From the NCBI GenBank assembly GCA_028717225.1, contig JAQUOF010000003.1, positions 1-57,081 of the forward strand: a stretch of 57,081 nt of DNA, written 5' to 3'. A model generated the notes under the pieces. It was not told where the DNA came from, ran no database searches, and worked only from the letters and a program-made list of their open reading frames with translations. This DNA is from Patescibacteria group bacterium. Its GTDB lineage: Bacteria > Patescibacteriota > Patescibacteriia > UBA2591 > JAQUPP01. Both the position numbers and the translations under genes were made by a program. The stretch's first letter is position 1. Every line of letters starts with the position of its first letter. This document shows, in pieces, positions 26,119-35,521 of this stretch.

Positions 26119-27978
26119 ATGAGCAAAATTATAGGAATTGACTTAGGAACATCTAACTCGGCTGCTTCTTATATGGAAGCGGGCAAATCAAAAATAATTC
26201 CCTCAGCCGAAGGGACAACTTTAGTTGGCGGAAAAGCTTTTCCGTCATACGTTGCTTTTACCAAAGAAGGCGAACTTTTAGTCGGTGAACCGGCTCGCCG
26301 CCAAGCAGTGGCTAATCCGGAAGGCACGATTTTGGCCGCAAAAAGAAAAATGGGCACTGACTTTAAATATAATATTTTCGGCAAAGAATATACGCCTCAG
26401 CAAATTTCCGCTTTTATTTTGCAAAAAATAAAAAAAGACGCGGAAATGTATTTGGGCGATAAAGTGGAAAAAGCGGTTGTGACCGTGCCGGCTTATTTTA
26501 ATGACGCGCAAAGACAGGCAACCAAAGATGCTGGAGCGATTGCCGGACTTGAAATAGTTCGTTTGGTTAATGAACCGACCGCGGCCAGCTTGGCTTACGG
26601 TTTAGATAAAGTTCAGGAAAAAGATCAGCAAGTTTTGGTTTTTGATCTTGGCGGCGGAACATTGGATGTGACGATTATGAATTTCGGACAAGGCGTTTTT
26701 GAAGTTCGTTCCACTTCCGGCGACACCAAACTCGGCGGCACGGATATGGATGAAGCTTTGATAAATTATATCATTGATGAATTTAAAAAAGAGCAGGGCG
26801 TTGATTTGAAAGCTGACAAAATGGTAACTCAGAGAGTCAAAGAAGCGGCTGAAAAAGCGAAAATTGAATTGTCCTCGGCTTTGGAAACGGAAATTAATTT
26901 GCCGTTTATTACCGCCACCAACGAAGGCCCGAAACATTTATTGATGAAAATTACTCGGGCAAAATTGGAAGAATTGGTTAAGCCGATTGTTGATCGTTGC
27001 CGTGTTTCAATTGAGCAGGCGATTTCAGACGCCAAACTTACACCGGCTAATATTGAAAAAGTTATTTTAGTCGGCGGTCCGACCAGAATGCCGATTGTTC
27101 AAAAATTTATTGAAAATATTTTTGGCCCGAAAATCGCTCGAGGCGTTGACCCGATGGAATGCGTGGCCATGGGCGCGGCAATTCAAGGTGCGATTTTGGC
27201 CGGCGAAACAGAAGTTAAAGACGTTTTACTTTTGGACGTTACGCCGCTTACTTTGGGAATTGAAACTTTGGGCGGAGTGATGACGCCGATTATTGACCGC
27301 AACGCGACTATTCCTACCACAAAATCTCAAGTTTTCTCTACTGCGGCTGATAATCAGACCTCGGTGGAAATTCATGTTTTGCAAGGTGAAAGACCAATGG
27401 CCGGCGACAACCGGACTTTGGGCAGATTTATTTTAGACGGCATTCCACCGTCTCCAAGAGGCATTCCTCAAGTTGAAGTCGGTTTTGATTTGGACGCAAA
27501 CGGCATTTTAACTGTCACCGCAAAAGATAAAGCCACCTCAAAATCTCAACATATTACCATTAAAGATACTTCCGCGCTTTCCAAAGAAGAAATTGAAAAA
27601 ATGAAAAAAGCGGCTGAGCAATTTGCCGCTGAAGACAGGAATAAAAAAGAAATAATTGATTTGCGTAATCAGTCTGACACTTTAATTTATACTTGCGAAA
27701 AAAGTTTGAAAGACGGCGGTGATAAAATTCCGGCTGATGTCAAAAAGCAAGTTGAAGATAAAGTTGCTGAATTGAAAAAAGTTAAAGACGCGAATGACAT
27801 TGAAGTAATTAAAAAAGCGATTCAAGATTTAGGCGACACGGTTCAAAAAATCGGCGCAGCAATGTACCAACAAGCGCCGGGCGCACAATCTGGTCAGCCC
27901 GGTCAAGAACAGCCGCAGGAAGAAAAACCAAAAACAGATGAAGGACCGATTGAAGGGGAATATACAGAGCAGAAATAA
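26119..27978 (+). CDS. dnaK: Chaperone DnaK (Hsp70)
   Basis: [30 protein letters not shown] and C-terminal lid. GAGG SD. Confidence 0.97.
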   Translation: MSKIIGIDLGTSNSAASYMEAGKSKIIPSAEGTTLVGGKAFPSYVAFTKEGELLVGEPARRQAVANPEGTILAAKRKMGTDFKYNIFGKEYTPQQISAFILQKIKKDAEMYLGDKVEKAVVTVPAYFNDAQRQATKDAGAIAGLEIVRLVNEPTAASLAYGLDKVQEKDQQVLVFDLGGGTLDVTIMNFGQGVFEVRSTSGDTKLGGTDMDEALINYIIDEFKKEQGVDLKADKMVTQRVKEAAEKAKIELSSALETEINLPFITATNEGPKHLLMKITRAKLEELVKPIVDRCRVSIEQAISDAKLTPANIEKVILVGGPTRMPIVQKFIENIFGPKIARGVDPMECVAMGAAIQGAILAGETEVKDVLLLDVTPLTLGIETLGGVMTPIIDRNATIPTTKSQVFSTAADNQTSVEIHVLQGERPMAGDNRTLGRFILDGIPPSPRGIPQVEVGFDLDANGILTVTAKDKATSKSQHITIKDTSALSKEEIEKMKKAAEQFAAEDRNKKEIIDLRNQSDTLIYTCEKSLKDGGDKIPADVKKQVEDKVAELKKVKDANDIEVIKKAIQDLGDTVQKIGAAMYQQAPGAQSGQPGQEQPQEEKPKTDEGPIEGEYTEQK

Positions 27979-28117
27979 AATACAATAGAGATAATGGGGT
28001 ATTTTGAGTGGTTTAAATCTCTTTACCACTTTCAATACTATTTTCTATCGCGCAAACGTGAGTGGCTATGAGCAAGCTGTAACCCGATGCCTCAAAATAT
28101 TTGTATAATAAATTAAT

Positions 28118-28150
28118 AAAATAGCGACTATATTATCGCTATTTTATTAT
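28118..28150 (+). terminator. Intrinsic terminator after dnaK
   Basis: AAAATAGCGA-loop-TCGCTATTTT. Confidence 0.6.
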
Positions 28151-28200
28151 ATAATTATTTTTTTATATTCTTGCAATAAGATAATTAATGGGGTAAATTA

Positions 28201-29139
28201 GTGTATATGGAAACAAAAGAACAAAAAATCAAAAGATTCAATAAACATCTAAATAGTATTCCGCTTGAAGTACTTCTGACTAAAAATGAAGAGCAGGCAG
28301 TACAGAACGAGAAAGATTTTCAAAACTTAAAAGAAGCACTGGCTCACGATAAGTGCAGCTTTTGTGGAAATCTGCTTTCGCATTTTTCGGTTTACAAACC
28401 CTGCTTCCATTGGCTATTATGGAAAGCAAAAGGACTTAGAAAAAAACATTTTAGTATTTTATTTAAACAAAAAGGTTTCCATGAAATTGAAGCATATCTA
28501 CGCTGGGTGGCAAACTGTGATGTACCAATAAAAAATATTAATGATTTGGTGGAGGAAAAATCATCTAATAAGTTTATTGAAACAACTATACGATATAAAA
28601 ATATCGAATGGTCATTTTCTTGTTCATACGGCGATTTCCATGGCCATAAAGATAAACACGAAGGAATTATGCCTCACTATCATTTTCAAATGAAAATCAG
28701 TAGCAATGTGGTTATAAATTATAACGGCTTTCATATTCCATTTAATGACTATGATGAATTTTGTTTTAATGTTGAGGACGGAGAATTTGATCGTTTAAGG
28801 GCTGGTCATATTCATGGAGCTGGAATGCAAACACTATTTGAAAATCTAAGTCCAGAAGAGTTAATTAATGGTATGAGAAAATCGGACGATGAATCTAATG
28901 CTCAATTCGATGTAAGTACACTAATTGAAGCAGACGAAGGAACCACTATTTCAGGCGATGACATAGCTAGTATGTTTCAGGAAAGTAAAAAAACAGGTAT
29001 CCCAATGTCAAAACTTATACAGAAATTAAAAAACGTAAAAACGCAAACATTTATTTCCCCAGGTCCGGGAGTGCCTGAAATAGCAGCAAGAAAGAAAAAC
29101 AGAAGAAATAAAATAGTTGCTAATTCAAAAGTAGGGTAA
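28201..29139 (+). CDS. Hypothetical Cys/His-rich protein (312 aa)
   Basis: CSFCGN...KPCFHW and HGHKDKHEGIMPHYHF clusters suggest metal binding. No family recognised. GTG 28201 or ATG 28207 start. Confidence 0.55.
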   Translation: MYMETKEQKIKRFNKHLNSIPLEVLLTKNEEQAVQNEKDFQNLKEALAHDKCSFCGNLLSHFSVYKPCFHWLLWKAKGLRKKHFSILFKQKGFHEIEAYLRWVANCDVPIKNINDLVEEKSSNKFIETTIRYKNIEWSFSCSYGDFHGHKDKHEGIMPHYHFQMKISSNVVINYNGFHIPFNDYDEFCFNVEDGEFDRLRAGHIHGAGMQTLFENLSPEELINGMRKSDDESNAQFDVSTLIEADEGTTISGDDIASMFQESKKTGIPMSKLIQKLKNVKTQTFISPGPGVPEIAARKKNRRNKIVANSKVG

Positions 29140-29256
29140 GTGTTTTATTTTTGTAAACAATTCTTGATCTTGAATTATTTAATAGTTATTTTTTTCTGAC
29201 GCTAACCATTCTTTCAAAATATATTTCGTCCTAAAAAACGATTTTAATCTCAGTTT

Positions 29257-29284
29257 TTGATTTTATTTTAAAATTTGTTATAAT
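29257..29284 (+). promoter_or_regulatory. Promoter TTGATT-N16-TATAAT, apparently leaderless
   Basis: The -10 ends 6 nt before ATG 29291. Confidence 0.5.
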
Positions 29285-29290
29285 ATATCT

Positions 29291-29998
29291 ATGGCAAAAG
29301 TTTTTGGTCAAAAAAGTAAATATTTGATTTTTGGAGATATTAAAGAATTTGTGGTAGCCTTTTTATGTATGGTGGTAATTTTGGTTGGTTCTTTATCAAT
29401 GTTGAAAATTACTAAATCGTTTGGCACGTTTGGTATAGCTATTTTATTTATCTTTTTTCTGTTCATGAGAAAAGAATTTGATAAACATGATGAACGTTCC
29501 CACCAATTTTATCGCGGCAGATGGGGCGAATATGATGTTTTGGACGAGCTTAAAAAATTGTCTGACGAATACACTATTTTTCAAGACGTTCAATTTCCTG
29601 AGAGTAAGTGGAATATAGATTTTGTTTTAATCGGCCCGGCTGGTATTTTTACCATTGAAGTCAAAAGTCATCGAGGCGGGTTTATTGATTTTAATGGTCG
29701 AGAATTAACCATGAGAGGACAAGTTTTTGAAAAAAATATTTTAAGACAAGCCAAATCCGGGGCTTTTAAAATTCACGATTACATATTATCTAAAACAGGC
29801 AAAGATATTTTTGTTAATGCTGTTTTGGTTTTTTCTCACCACTTGGTCAAAATGCGTTTTGGTTTCAGGCCAGTTGATAATGTTTTTGTGGTGCAAAAAG
29901 AATTTTTATTGCCGCTTATCACCCAACAACCGCCGAGACTTGATTCGCGAACCATTTCAATTCTTGAAGAAAATCTCAAATTATTGGTAAAAATTTAA
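29291..29998 (+). CDS. Membrane-anchored NERD-domain protein (nuclease-related domain)
   Basis: Two N-terminal TMs, then GEYDVLDELKKL...IFQDV...IDFVLIGPAGIFTIEVKSHRG, typical of NERD. Confidence 0.7.
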   Translation: MAKVFGQKSKYLIFGDIKEFVVAFLCMVVILVGSLSMLKITKSFGTFGIAILFIFFLFMRKEFDKHDERSHQFYRGRWGEYDVLDELKKLSDEYTIFQDVQFPESKWNIDFVLIGPAGIFTIEVKSHRGGFIDFNGRELTMRGQVFEKNILRQAKSGAFKIHDYILSKTGKDIFVNAVLVFSHHLVKMRFGFRPVDNVFVVQKEFLLPLITQQPPRLDSRTISILEENLKLLVKI

Positions 29999-30016
29999 GA
30001 AATTATTTTATCGCTC

Positions 30017-30045
30017 TTGACATTTTAGTAAAAATTTGGTAAATT
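30017..30045 (+). promoter_or_regulatory. Promoter CTCTTGACA-N17-TAAATT
   Basis: Read directly, upstream of the SD-led small ORF. Confidence 0.5.
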
Positions 30046-30085
30046 TAAAATAATTAAAAAAGCCCACAGGGCAAAAGGAGGAAAA

Positions 30086-30331
30086 ATGAGAAAGGCAATA
30101 GTACTGTTTATAGTTCTTTGTATTTGTTTGGGAATCGGCTGGTCAGAAGGTTATTTCGGTTTTATTGACGCTAATCAGTTGGTGAATCAGGGATGTTTTT
30201 CTTACGCTTTTTCTGCCTATTTTGTTTGCGGCGGATTAACAGTGGTTGGAATTATAACTCTGTTTTTTATAGGTGTCGGTCTTCTCGGTTGGTTTTGCGC
30301 GCTTATGAATGGTACTATAGACGACTATTGA
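30086..30331 (+). CDS. Small membrane protein (81 aa)
   Basis: SD AAGGAGG, three hydrophobic segments, hairpin terminator downstream. Confidence 0.55.
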   Translation: MRKAIVLFIVLCICLGIGWSEGYFGFIDANQLVNQGCFSYAFSAYFVCGGLTVVGIITLFFIGVGLLGWFCALMNGTIDDY

Positions 30332-30393
30332 CGAAGAATAAAATTAAAAATGACCTTGCTTTAATTCGCGGGGTCATTTTTCGTTAGAAGGGA

Positions 30394-30421
30394 TTGACAT
30401 TCTGTACAGACAAAATATAAT
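30394..30421 (+). promoter_or_regulatory. Promoter TTGACA-N16-TATAAT for the ABC-2 operon
   Basis: Read directly. Confidence 0.55.
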
Positions 30422-30433
30422 TATATAAATCCT

Positions 30434-31222
30434 ATGATGATTCAAGTTAAGAATCTGACGAAAAAATTTAACGGTTTGACCGCAGTTGATAATATCTCTT
30501 TTCAAGTTGAGAAAGGAGAAATTTTTGGTTTTTTGGGGCCGAACGGAGCCGGTAAATCCACGACAATTAAAATGCTGACTACGCTTTTAAATCCGACCAG
30601 CGGCGAAATTCAGATAGACGGCCATGATCCGGTAAAAAATCAATATGAAGCGCGCTGTTCTTTCGGCATTGTTTTTCAGGATCCGAGTTTGGACGACGAA
30701 CTTACGGCTTATGAAAATTTGGAACTTCACGGCGTTCTTTACAGCATGCCTAAAAAAATCCGCCAAACGAGAATTGAAGAATTATTGAAATTGGTTGATC
30801 TCTGGGACAGAAAAAATGATTTGGTAAAAAAATATTCCGGCGGAATGAAAAGAAGATTGGAAATCGCCCGCGGCTTGATTCATCATCCCAAAATTTTATT
30901 CTTGGACGAACCGACGCTCGGACTTGATCCGCAAACCAGAAATAATATTTGGACTTATATTCAAAACTTGAATCAGACGGAAAAAATCACCATCTTTTTT
31001 ACCACGCATTATATGGCCGAAGCGGAAAAAGTGGCCACCAATTTGGCGATTATTGATCATGGTAAAATTATTGCCAAAGGCACGGCGGAAGATTTAAAAA
31101 ATCAAACGAAAACTTTAAATCTTGAAGACGCATTTTTAAATTTAACCGGCCGAGAAATTCGCGACGAAGATGCTAACGGAATGGATAATATGAGAATGCG
31201 CCACAGAGCGTTTCACAGATAG
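30434..31222 (+). CDS. ABC transporter ATP-binding protein (ABC-2/DrrA-like)
   Basis: Walker A GPNGAGKST, signature YSGGMKRRL, Walker B ILFLDEPT. Confidence 0.95.
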   Translation: MMIQVKNLTKKFNGLTAVDNISFQVEKGEIFGFLGPNGAGKSTTIKMLTTLLNPTSGEIQIDGHDPVKNQYEARCSFGIVFQDPSLDDELTAYENLELHGVLYSMPKKIRQTRIEELLKLVDLWDRKNDLVKKYSGGMKRRLEIARGLIHHPKILFLDEPTLGLDPQTRNNIWTYIQNLNQTEKITIFFTTHYMAEAEKVATNLAIIDHGKIIAKGTAEDLKNQTKTLNLEDAFLNLTGREIRDEDANGMDNMRMRHRAFHR

Positions 31223-31290
31223 GAGAAAAAGCTAACTAAGTAGATAAGTTAATAAGTAAATAAACTAATAAGTTAATTAATAATATTTTT

Positions 31291-32052
31291 ATGGAAACAA
31301 CAACAAACGTGAAATTCACTCCCCAGCCGCCAAAATTCGTTTTTTGGATTTGCGGCATTTTAGCTCTTTTCTGGATCGTTTTGTCAGTCGGCAAAATCGT
31401 AGACATTAAAAATGGATTTGAAACCAACTCCATCACTGTCAGCGGCGAAGGCAAAGTTGTCAGCATTCCTGATGTGGCTTCTATTAATTTTTCGGTCATT
31501 TCCGATAAAATGAGCGCCAAAGAAGCGATGAGCGACAATTCTAAAAAAATGAACGCAGTCATTAAATCTGTTAAAGATTTAGGCGTTGAAAGCAAGGACT
31601 TACAAACCACGGGTTATAATTTGGCCCCGCTTTATGATTATGTAAAAGGTCAAAGAATTTTTAAGGGTTATGAATTAACTTCCACTTTAGCCGTTAAAAT
31701 CAGAAATTTTGATAAAATCAGCGACATTATTGACGGCGCGATTATGCAAGGAGCAAATCAAGCTGGCGATATTCAATTTGTAGTTGATAAACCTGAAAAA
31801 TTACAAGCTGAAGCGAGAGACAAAGCCATTCAACAAGCTAAAGACAAGGCCGCGGCAATTGCTAAAGCCTCCGGTTTTAAACTTGGCAAGGTTGTTTCTT
31901 TTTCAGAATCCGGCAATGCATATTATCCGCAACCAATGTATGCGGAAAAAAGTTATGGCGCAGGGGATTCTGCAATGGTTCAGGCTCCGGCAATTGAAAG
32001 CGGCAGTCAAGAAATTCAAACCACAGTTTCTTTGGTTTTCAGAATCAGATAA
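31291..32052 (+). CDS. SIMPL/DUF541-domain protein with N-terminal TM
   Basis: ITVSGEGKVVSIPDVASINFSV..., YxL..., ...A.AKA. pattern of the YggE/SIMPL family. Confidence 0.7.
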   Translation: METTTNVKFTPQPPKFVFWICGILALFWIVLSVGKIVDIKNGFETNSITVSGEGKVVSIPDVASINFSVISDKMSAKEAMSDNSKKMNAVIKSVKDLGVESKDLQTTGYNLAPLYDYVKGQRIFKGYELTSTLAVKIRNFDKISDIIDGAIMQGANQAGDIQFVVDKPEKLQAEARDKAIQQAKDKAAAIAKASGFKLGKVVSFSESGNAYYPQPMYAEKSYGAGDSAMVQAPAIESGSQEIQTTVSLVFRIR

Positions 32053-32080
32053 AATAAATTACTAAAAAATTTAGGCGGGT

Positions 32081-32830
32081 ATGAATGTTATTTATATTCT
32101 TTGGCTTAGACAATTAAAACGATACGGACGGTCAAAATCGAGAATAATCGGTTCGCTCGGCCAGCCTTTGCTTTTCTTATTGGCTTTGGGTTTTGGATTC
32201 GGGCCGATTTATGATAGAGCCGGCGGCGGCAATTATATTCAATTTCTCGTGCCGGGAATAATTTCAATGAGCATTTTATTCACTGCTCTTTTCTCCGGAA
32301 TTGAAATTATTTGGGACAGGCAATTCGGGTTTTTAAAAGAAACATTGGTGGCGCCGGTTTCCCGTTTGAAAATTATGATTGGCCGGACTTTGGGCGGGGC
32401 GACCGTGGCGACAATTCAAGGCATAATTGTTTTGATGATTTCTTTTTTGGTTAATTTCAGAATAGAAAGTTTTAAATTGTTGCCAATGGTTTTTGTGACC
32501 ATGTTTCTAATTGCTCTGCTTTTTGCCGCTTTGGGTACGACTCTCGGTTCGGTTTTGGCGGATATGCAAGGTTTCCAATTGATTATGAATTTTTTGGTAA
32601 TGCCGATTTTCTTTTTGTCCGGAGCATTGTTTCCGCTTCAAGGATTGCCTAAAATAATCGATACGATTGTTACATTTAATCCTCTTTCTTACGGTGTTGA
32701 CGCTTTGCGCGGCACGTTGATAGTTGGCGGAGCTCATATCGGCCTTTTGACTGATTTTATTGTTTTGGGCTTGGTAACATCTATTTTATTAGCTTTGGGC
32801 AGCTATTTTTTCTCAAAAATTCAGGTCTAA
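32081..32830 (+). CDS. ABC-2 type transporter permease
   Basis: Six TMs, ABC-2 style FxxxDRQFGFLKE..VAPVSR motif. Confidence 0.8.
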   Translation: MNVIYILWLRQLKRYGRSKSRIIGSLGQPLLFLLALGFGFGPIYDRAGGGNYIQFLVPGIISMSILFTALFSGIEIIWDRQFGFLKETLVAPVSRLKIMIGRTLGGATVATIQGIIVLMISFLVNFRIESFKLLPMVFVTMFLIALLFAALGTTLGSVLADMQGFQLIMNFLVMPIFFLSGALFPLQGLPKIIDTIVTFNPLSYGVDALRGTLIVGGAHIGLLTDFIVLGLVTSILLALGSYFFSKIQV

Positions 32831-32838
32831 AATTTACT

Positions 32839-32868
32839 CTTGACAAAAATTAAAAAAATTGCTTTAAT
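32839..32868 (+). promoter_or_regulatory. Promoter CTCTTGACA-N18-TTTAAT
   Basis: Read directly. The -10 is weaker than at other sites. Confidence 0.4.
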
Positions 32869-32890
32869 AATAATGGTTATTTACATTTTA

Positions 32891-32923
32891 AATAAATCCG
32901 CCCAAGGCGGATGCTTTAATTTA
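32891..32923 (+). repeat. Conserved 33-nt hairpin module (ATCCGCC-CAA-GGCGGAT core), second copy
   Basis: See 21715-21747. Same position relative to promoter and SD-led ORF. Confidence 0.7.
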
Positions 32924-32966
32924 TATTCCGCTAAATTGGAAACAAATTAAGCAAAAGGAGGAAATC

Positions 32967-33407
32967 ATGAAATTTATTTTGCCTTTGGAAATAAAAGAAA
33001 TTAAGAAGGTTGTTCCGCACGCAATAGTTTTAGAAAAGGTTCTTGAAATTTTACCCGGGAAAAGCGGGATGGGCACGGTTTGTTTTAAAAAAGAAAAGTT
33101 ACATTTTTTAAACAACCCAAGAGTAAGGGCCAGTCTACTCATTCAAGCAGCCCTTGAGTTGGCAGAATTTGTGCGTAAAAGTATTCCGGGAACAAAAGAA
33201 AAAGAATTTTTAGGTGCGAAATATGAATTCACAACCAGGAAAGAAGGCGTTTCTCCATTGAAAATTGTTTATTTCAAAGTTGAAATAGGTGCTCATGGTA
33301 CTGCCATGGTTACCGGTGATAATGATAAAAATTGTGTAGAACCAGCATTTCAGGGAAAAGTTATTTTTCTTTTGAAAAAGATGTCCAATAAAGGTGTTTC
33401 GGTTTAA
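32967..33407 (+). CDS. Hotdog-fold protein (FabZ/FabA-like N-terminal pattern)
   Basis: VVPHAIVLEKVLEILPGKSGMG resembles the LPHRYPFLLVDRV..PGK start of FabZ. SD AAGGAGG. Confidence 0.4.
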   Translation: MKFILPLEIKEIKKVVPHAIVLEKVLEILPGKSGMGTVCFKKEKLHFLNNPRVRASLLIQAALELAEFVRKSIPGTKEKEFLGAKYEFTTRKEGVSPLKIVYFKVEIGAHGTAMVTGDNDKNCVEPAFQGKVIFLLKKMSNKGVSV

Positions 33408-33420
33408 GGGGGTGAGAAAT

Positions 33421-33609
33421 ATGAATTCAAGCTTAACGGTTTGGTGTTTTTGGGTAGGAGGACTGATGGTAGCATGCGTTGGCACTTTGTTTATTTTAGG
33501 ACCTGAGGGTGCCAGTAATGTTCCCAAGAATAGCTTTCGGGAAAAATTTGGTAAAATTCTAGTCGGGATTGGCGTAGGAATGGTTATAACAGGAACTTTC
33601 ATTTTTTAA
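33421..33609 (+). CDS. Small membrane protein (62 aa)
   Basis: SD AAGGGGGTGA 8 nt upstream of ATG 33421; two TMs. Confidence 0.5.
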   Translation: MNSSLTVWCFWVGGLMVACVGTLFILGPEGASNVPKNSFREKFGKILVGIGVGMVITGTFIF

Positions 33610-33620
33610 AGGAGGAAAAT

Positions 33621-33803
33621 ATGAATGTACTTGTGGTGACTGGTCTATTCATTAGCTTGGGAATGATCGTTGTTGGCGGGACGCTAAACAGCGAAGACTG
33701 CAACAAAAATCCCAAAATGCGAAAAATTGGAAAACCGCTGTTAGTTAGCGGGGTGATAATTTTTTTCAGTTTAGAGGTTTTGGGGGTTTGGAGGTTTCCA
33801 TGA
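33621..33803 (+). CDS. Small membrane protein (60 aa)
   Basis: SD AAGGAGG; two TMs. Confidence 0.5.
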   Translation: MNVLVVTGLFISLGMIVVGGTLNSEDCNKNPKMRKIGKPLLVSGVIIFFSLEVLGVWRFP

Positions 33804-33917
33804 AAAATATAAGCCGGGAGATTTTGAATAAAGATCTTCCGGCAGTTTGTTTTTACAGTTGGTAAATTTCAAATAATATGATAGAATTAGTTTAATCTAT
33901 CATATTTTTATTTTTTT

Positions 33918-34592
33918 ATGACTGTTAAAGAAATTGTCACTTATTTAAAAAAACATTCTTGCCTTCGCGATAAAGAGGGAATGGCGCGATTCGGCATTAA
34001 TCCTAAATATGCCATGGGAGTGCGAATCCCGGTTTTAAGAAGTTTGGCCAAGAAAATCGGTAAAAATCATAAACTGGCCATTGATTTGTGGAAAACAAAA
34101 ATTCATGAAGCAAGAATTTTTGCCACCATGATTGATGATCCCAGATCGGTAACAGAAAAACAAATGGAACAATGGGTAAAAGGATTTAATTCCTGGGATT
34201 TGTGCGATCAATGCTGTTCTAATTTATTTTGCAGAATACCCGTTGCTTGGGAAAAAACAGAGGAGTGGGCCGACAAAAAAGAAGAATTCGTAAGAAGGGC
34301 CGGATTTGCTTTAATGGCATATTTGGCGTGCCATGATAAAAAAGCGAAAAATAAAGATTTTGAAAATTTTTTTCCGCTTATCAAAAAATATTCCACTGAT
34401 AAAAGAAATTTTGTCAGAAAAGCGGTTAATTGGGCGTTAAGGCAAATTGGAAAAAGAAATTTAAATTTGAATAAAAAGGCGATTATTGTTGCCAAAGAAA
34501 TTAAAAAAATAAATTCTCCGATTGCGCATTGGATTGCGATTGACGCAATCAGGGAATTAACCGATAAAAAAATTCAAAAGAGATTACGGTAA
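33918..34592 (+). CDS. DNA alkylation repair protein (AlkD-like HEAT-repeat family)
   Basis: RFGINPKYAMGVRIPVLRSLAKK...WDLCDQCC...VRKAVNWALRQIGKRN pattern. Confidence 0.75.
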   Translation: MTVKEIVTYLKKHSCLRDKEGMARFGINPKYAMGVRIPVLRSLAKKIGKNHKLAIDLWKTKIHEARIFATMIDDPRSVTEKQMEQWVKGFNSWDLCDQCCSNLFCRIPVAWEKTEEWADKKEEFVRRAGFALMAYLACHDKKAKNKDFENFFPLIKKYSTDKRNFVRKAVNWALRQIGKRNLNLNKKAIIVAKEIKKINSPIAHWIAIDAIRELTDKKIQKRLR

Positions 34593-34638
34593 GAAGGGTA
34601 TTTTAATTGTATTGCTTTTGGCTTAAAATTATCGTATA

Positions 34639-35514
34639 ATGACTTATATGTCCGAACCGTTATATATCATCAATTTAACCGGAGAAAAGGAATTATTTTC
34701 TCCTAAAAAAGTTTATCGCAGCGCCCAGCGATCCGGTGCTTCAAATTTTTTGGCTGAAAAAATCGCTAAAATTATTACCAATGAAGTTTATCCGGACATG
34801 CCGACCAGGCGTATTTTCAGTCGGATTAAATCTTTACTTAAACAAGAAGATCCGCAAGCAGCTCTGAAATTCAGCTTAAAAGAAGCTTTGAGAAAATTAG
34901 GACCGAGCGGTTTTCCTTTTGAAAAATATATTGCCTCAATTTTGATCCGAAACGGCTATGAAGTAAAAATTGATCAAATTATCGGCGGACGATGCGTAAA
35001 CTATGAAATTGATTTTTTGGCCAAAAAAGACGGGATAATTTTCATCGGCGAATGCAAATATCATCATTTGCCGGGCACGACACTGGATTTAAAAGTGGCT
35101 TTGGCCAATTACGCCAGATTTTTAGATTTATCAGCCGGCAGTTTTTTTAAGAAAAAAGAATATCAAAATTTTAAACTTCAAAGTATCTTGGTGACCAATA
35201 CGAAATTCACCAGTCAAGCCATCCAATATTCCGAATGCGTCGGCGTTGACTTGCTGGGCTGGCATTATCCTTTGAAAAAAGGACTTGAATATTTTATTGA
35301 AAATCAAAAATTATATCCCATTACCATTTTGCCGTCCATGAAAGATTATTTACTGCAAATTTTTGTCTCAAAAGGCTTGATGCTGGTGGAAGATATTTTA
35401 AATTTAGATTTGGCGAAATTTACTGAACGCACGGGCGTGAAACCAAATCAAATTTCAACTTTAATTAAAGAAGCTGAACTTTTATTTGCGAATAATTCAT
35501 TAACAAAAAATTAA
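34639..35514 (+). CDS. ATP-cone domain fused to restriction-endonuclease-like (Mrr-type) domain
   Basis: N-terminal ATP-cone-like segment, then FEKYIASILIRNGYEV...EIDFLAKKDG..FIGECKYH (D-x-D...ExK-like core). Confidence 0.55.
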   Translation: MTYMSEPLYIINLTGEKELFSPKKVYRSAQRSGASNFLAEKIAKIITNEVYPDMPTRRIFSRIKSLLKQEDPQAALKFSLKEALRKLGPSGFPFEKYIASILIRNGYEVKIDQIIGGRCVNYEIDFLAKKDGIIFIGECKYHHLPGTTLDLKVALANYARFLDLSAGSFFKKKEYQNFKLQSILVTNTKFTSQAIQYSECVGVDLLGWHYPLKKGLEYFIENQKLYPITILPSMKDYLLQIFVSKGLMLVEDILNLDLAKFTERTGVKPNQISTLIKEAELLFANNSLTKN

Positions 35515-35521
35515 TTATTAT

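Noticed and set aside
27995-28072. 25-codon ORF and possible structured RNA in the 220-bp region after dnaK
   Set aside because: There is no SD. Only a 9-bp long-range pairing (TATTTTGAG/CTCAAAATA) and short stems are present, which is insufficient to call a gene or ncRNA.
31236-31610. 124-aa minus-strand ORF opposite the SIMPL gene; also 41535-41879, 41728-42048, 26169-27035(-) and 46472-46852(-)
   Set aside because: They are antisense or alternative-frame relative to confidently assigned genes, with no signals of their own.
33876-33907. 10-bp perfect hairpin ATATGATAGA/TCTATCATAT just upstream of the AlkD-like gene
   Set aside because: It is followed by a T-run and is most simply the terminator of the preceding small-ORF operon. 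There is no evidence for an operator role.
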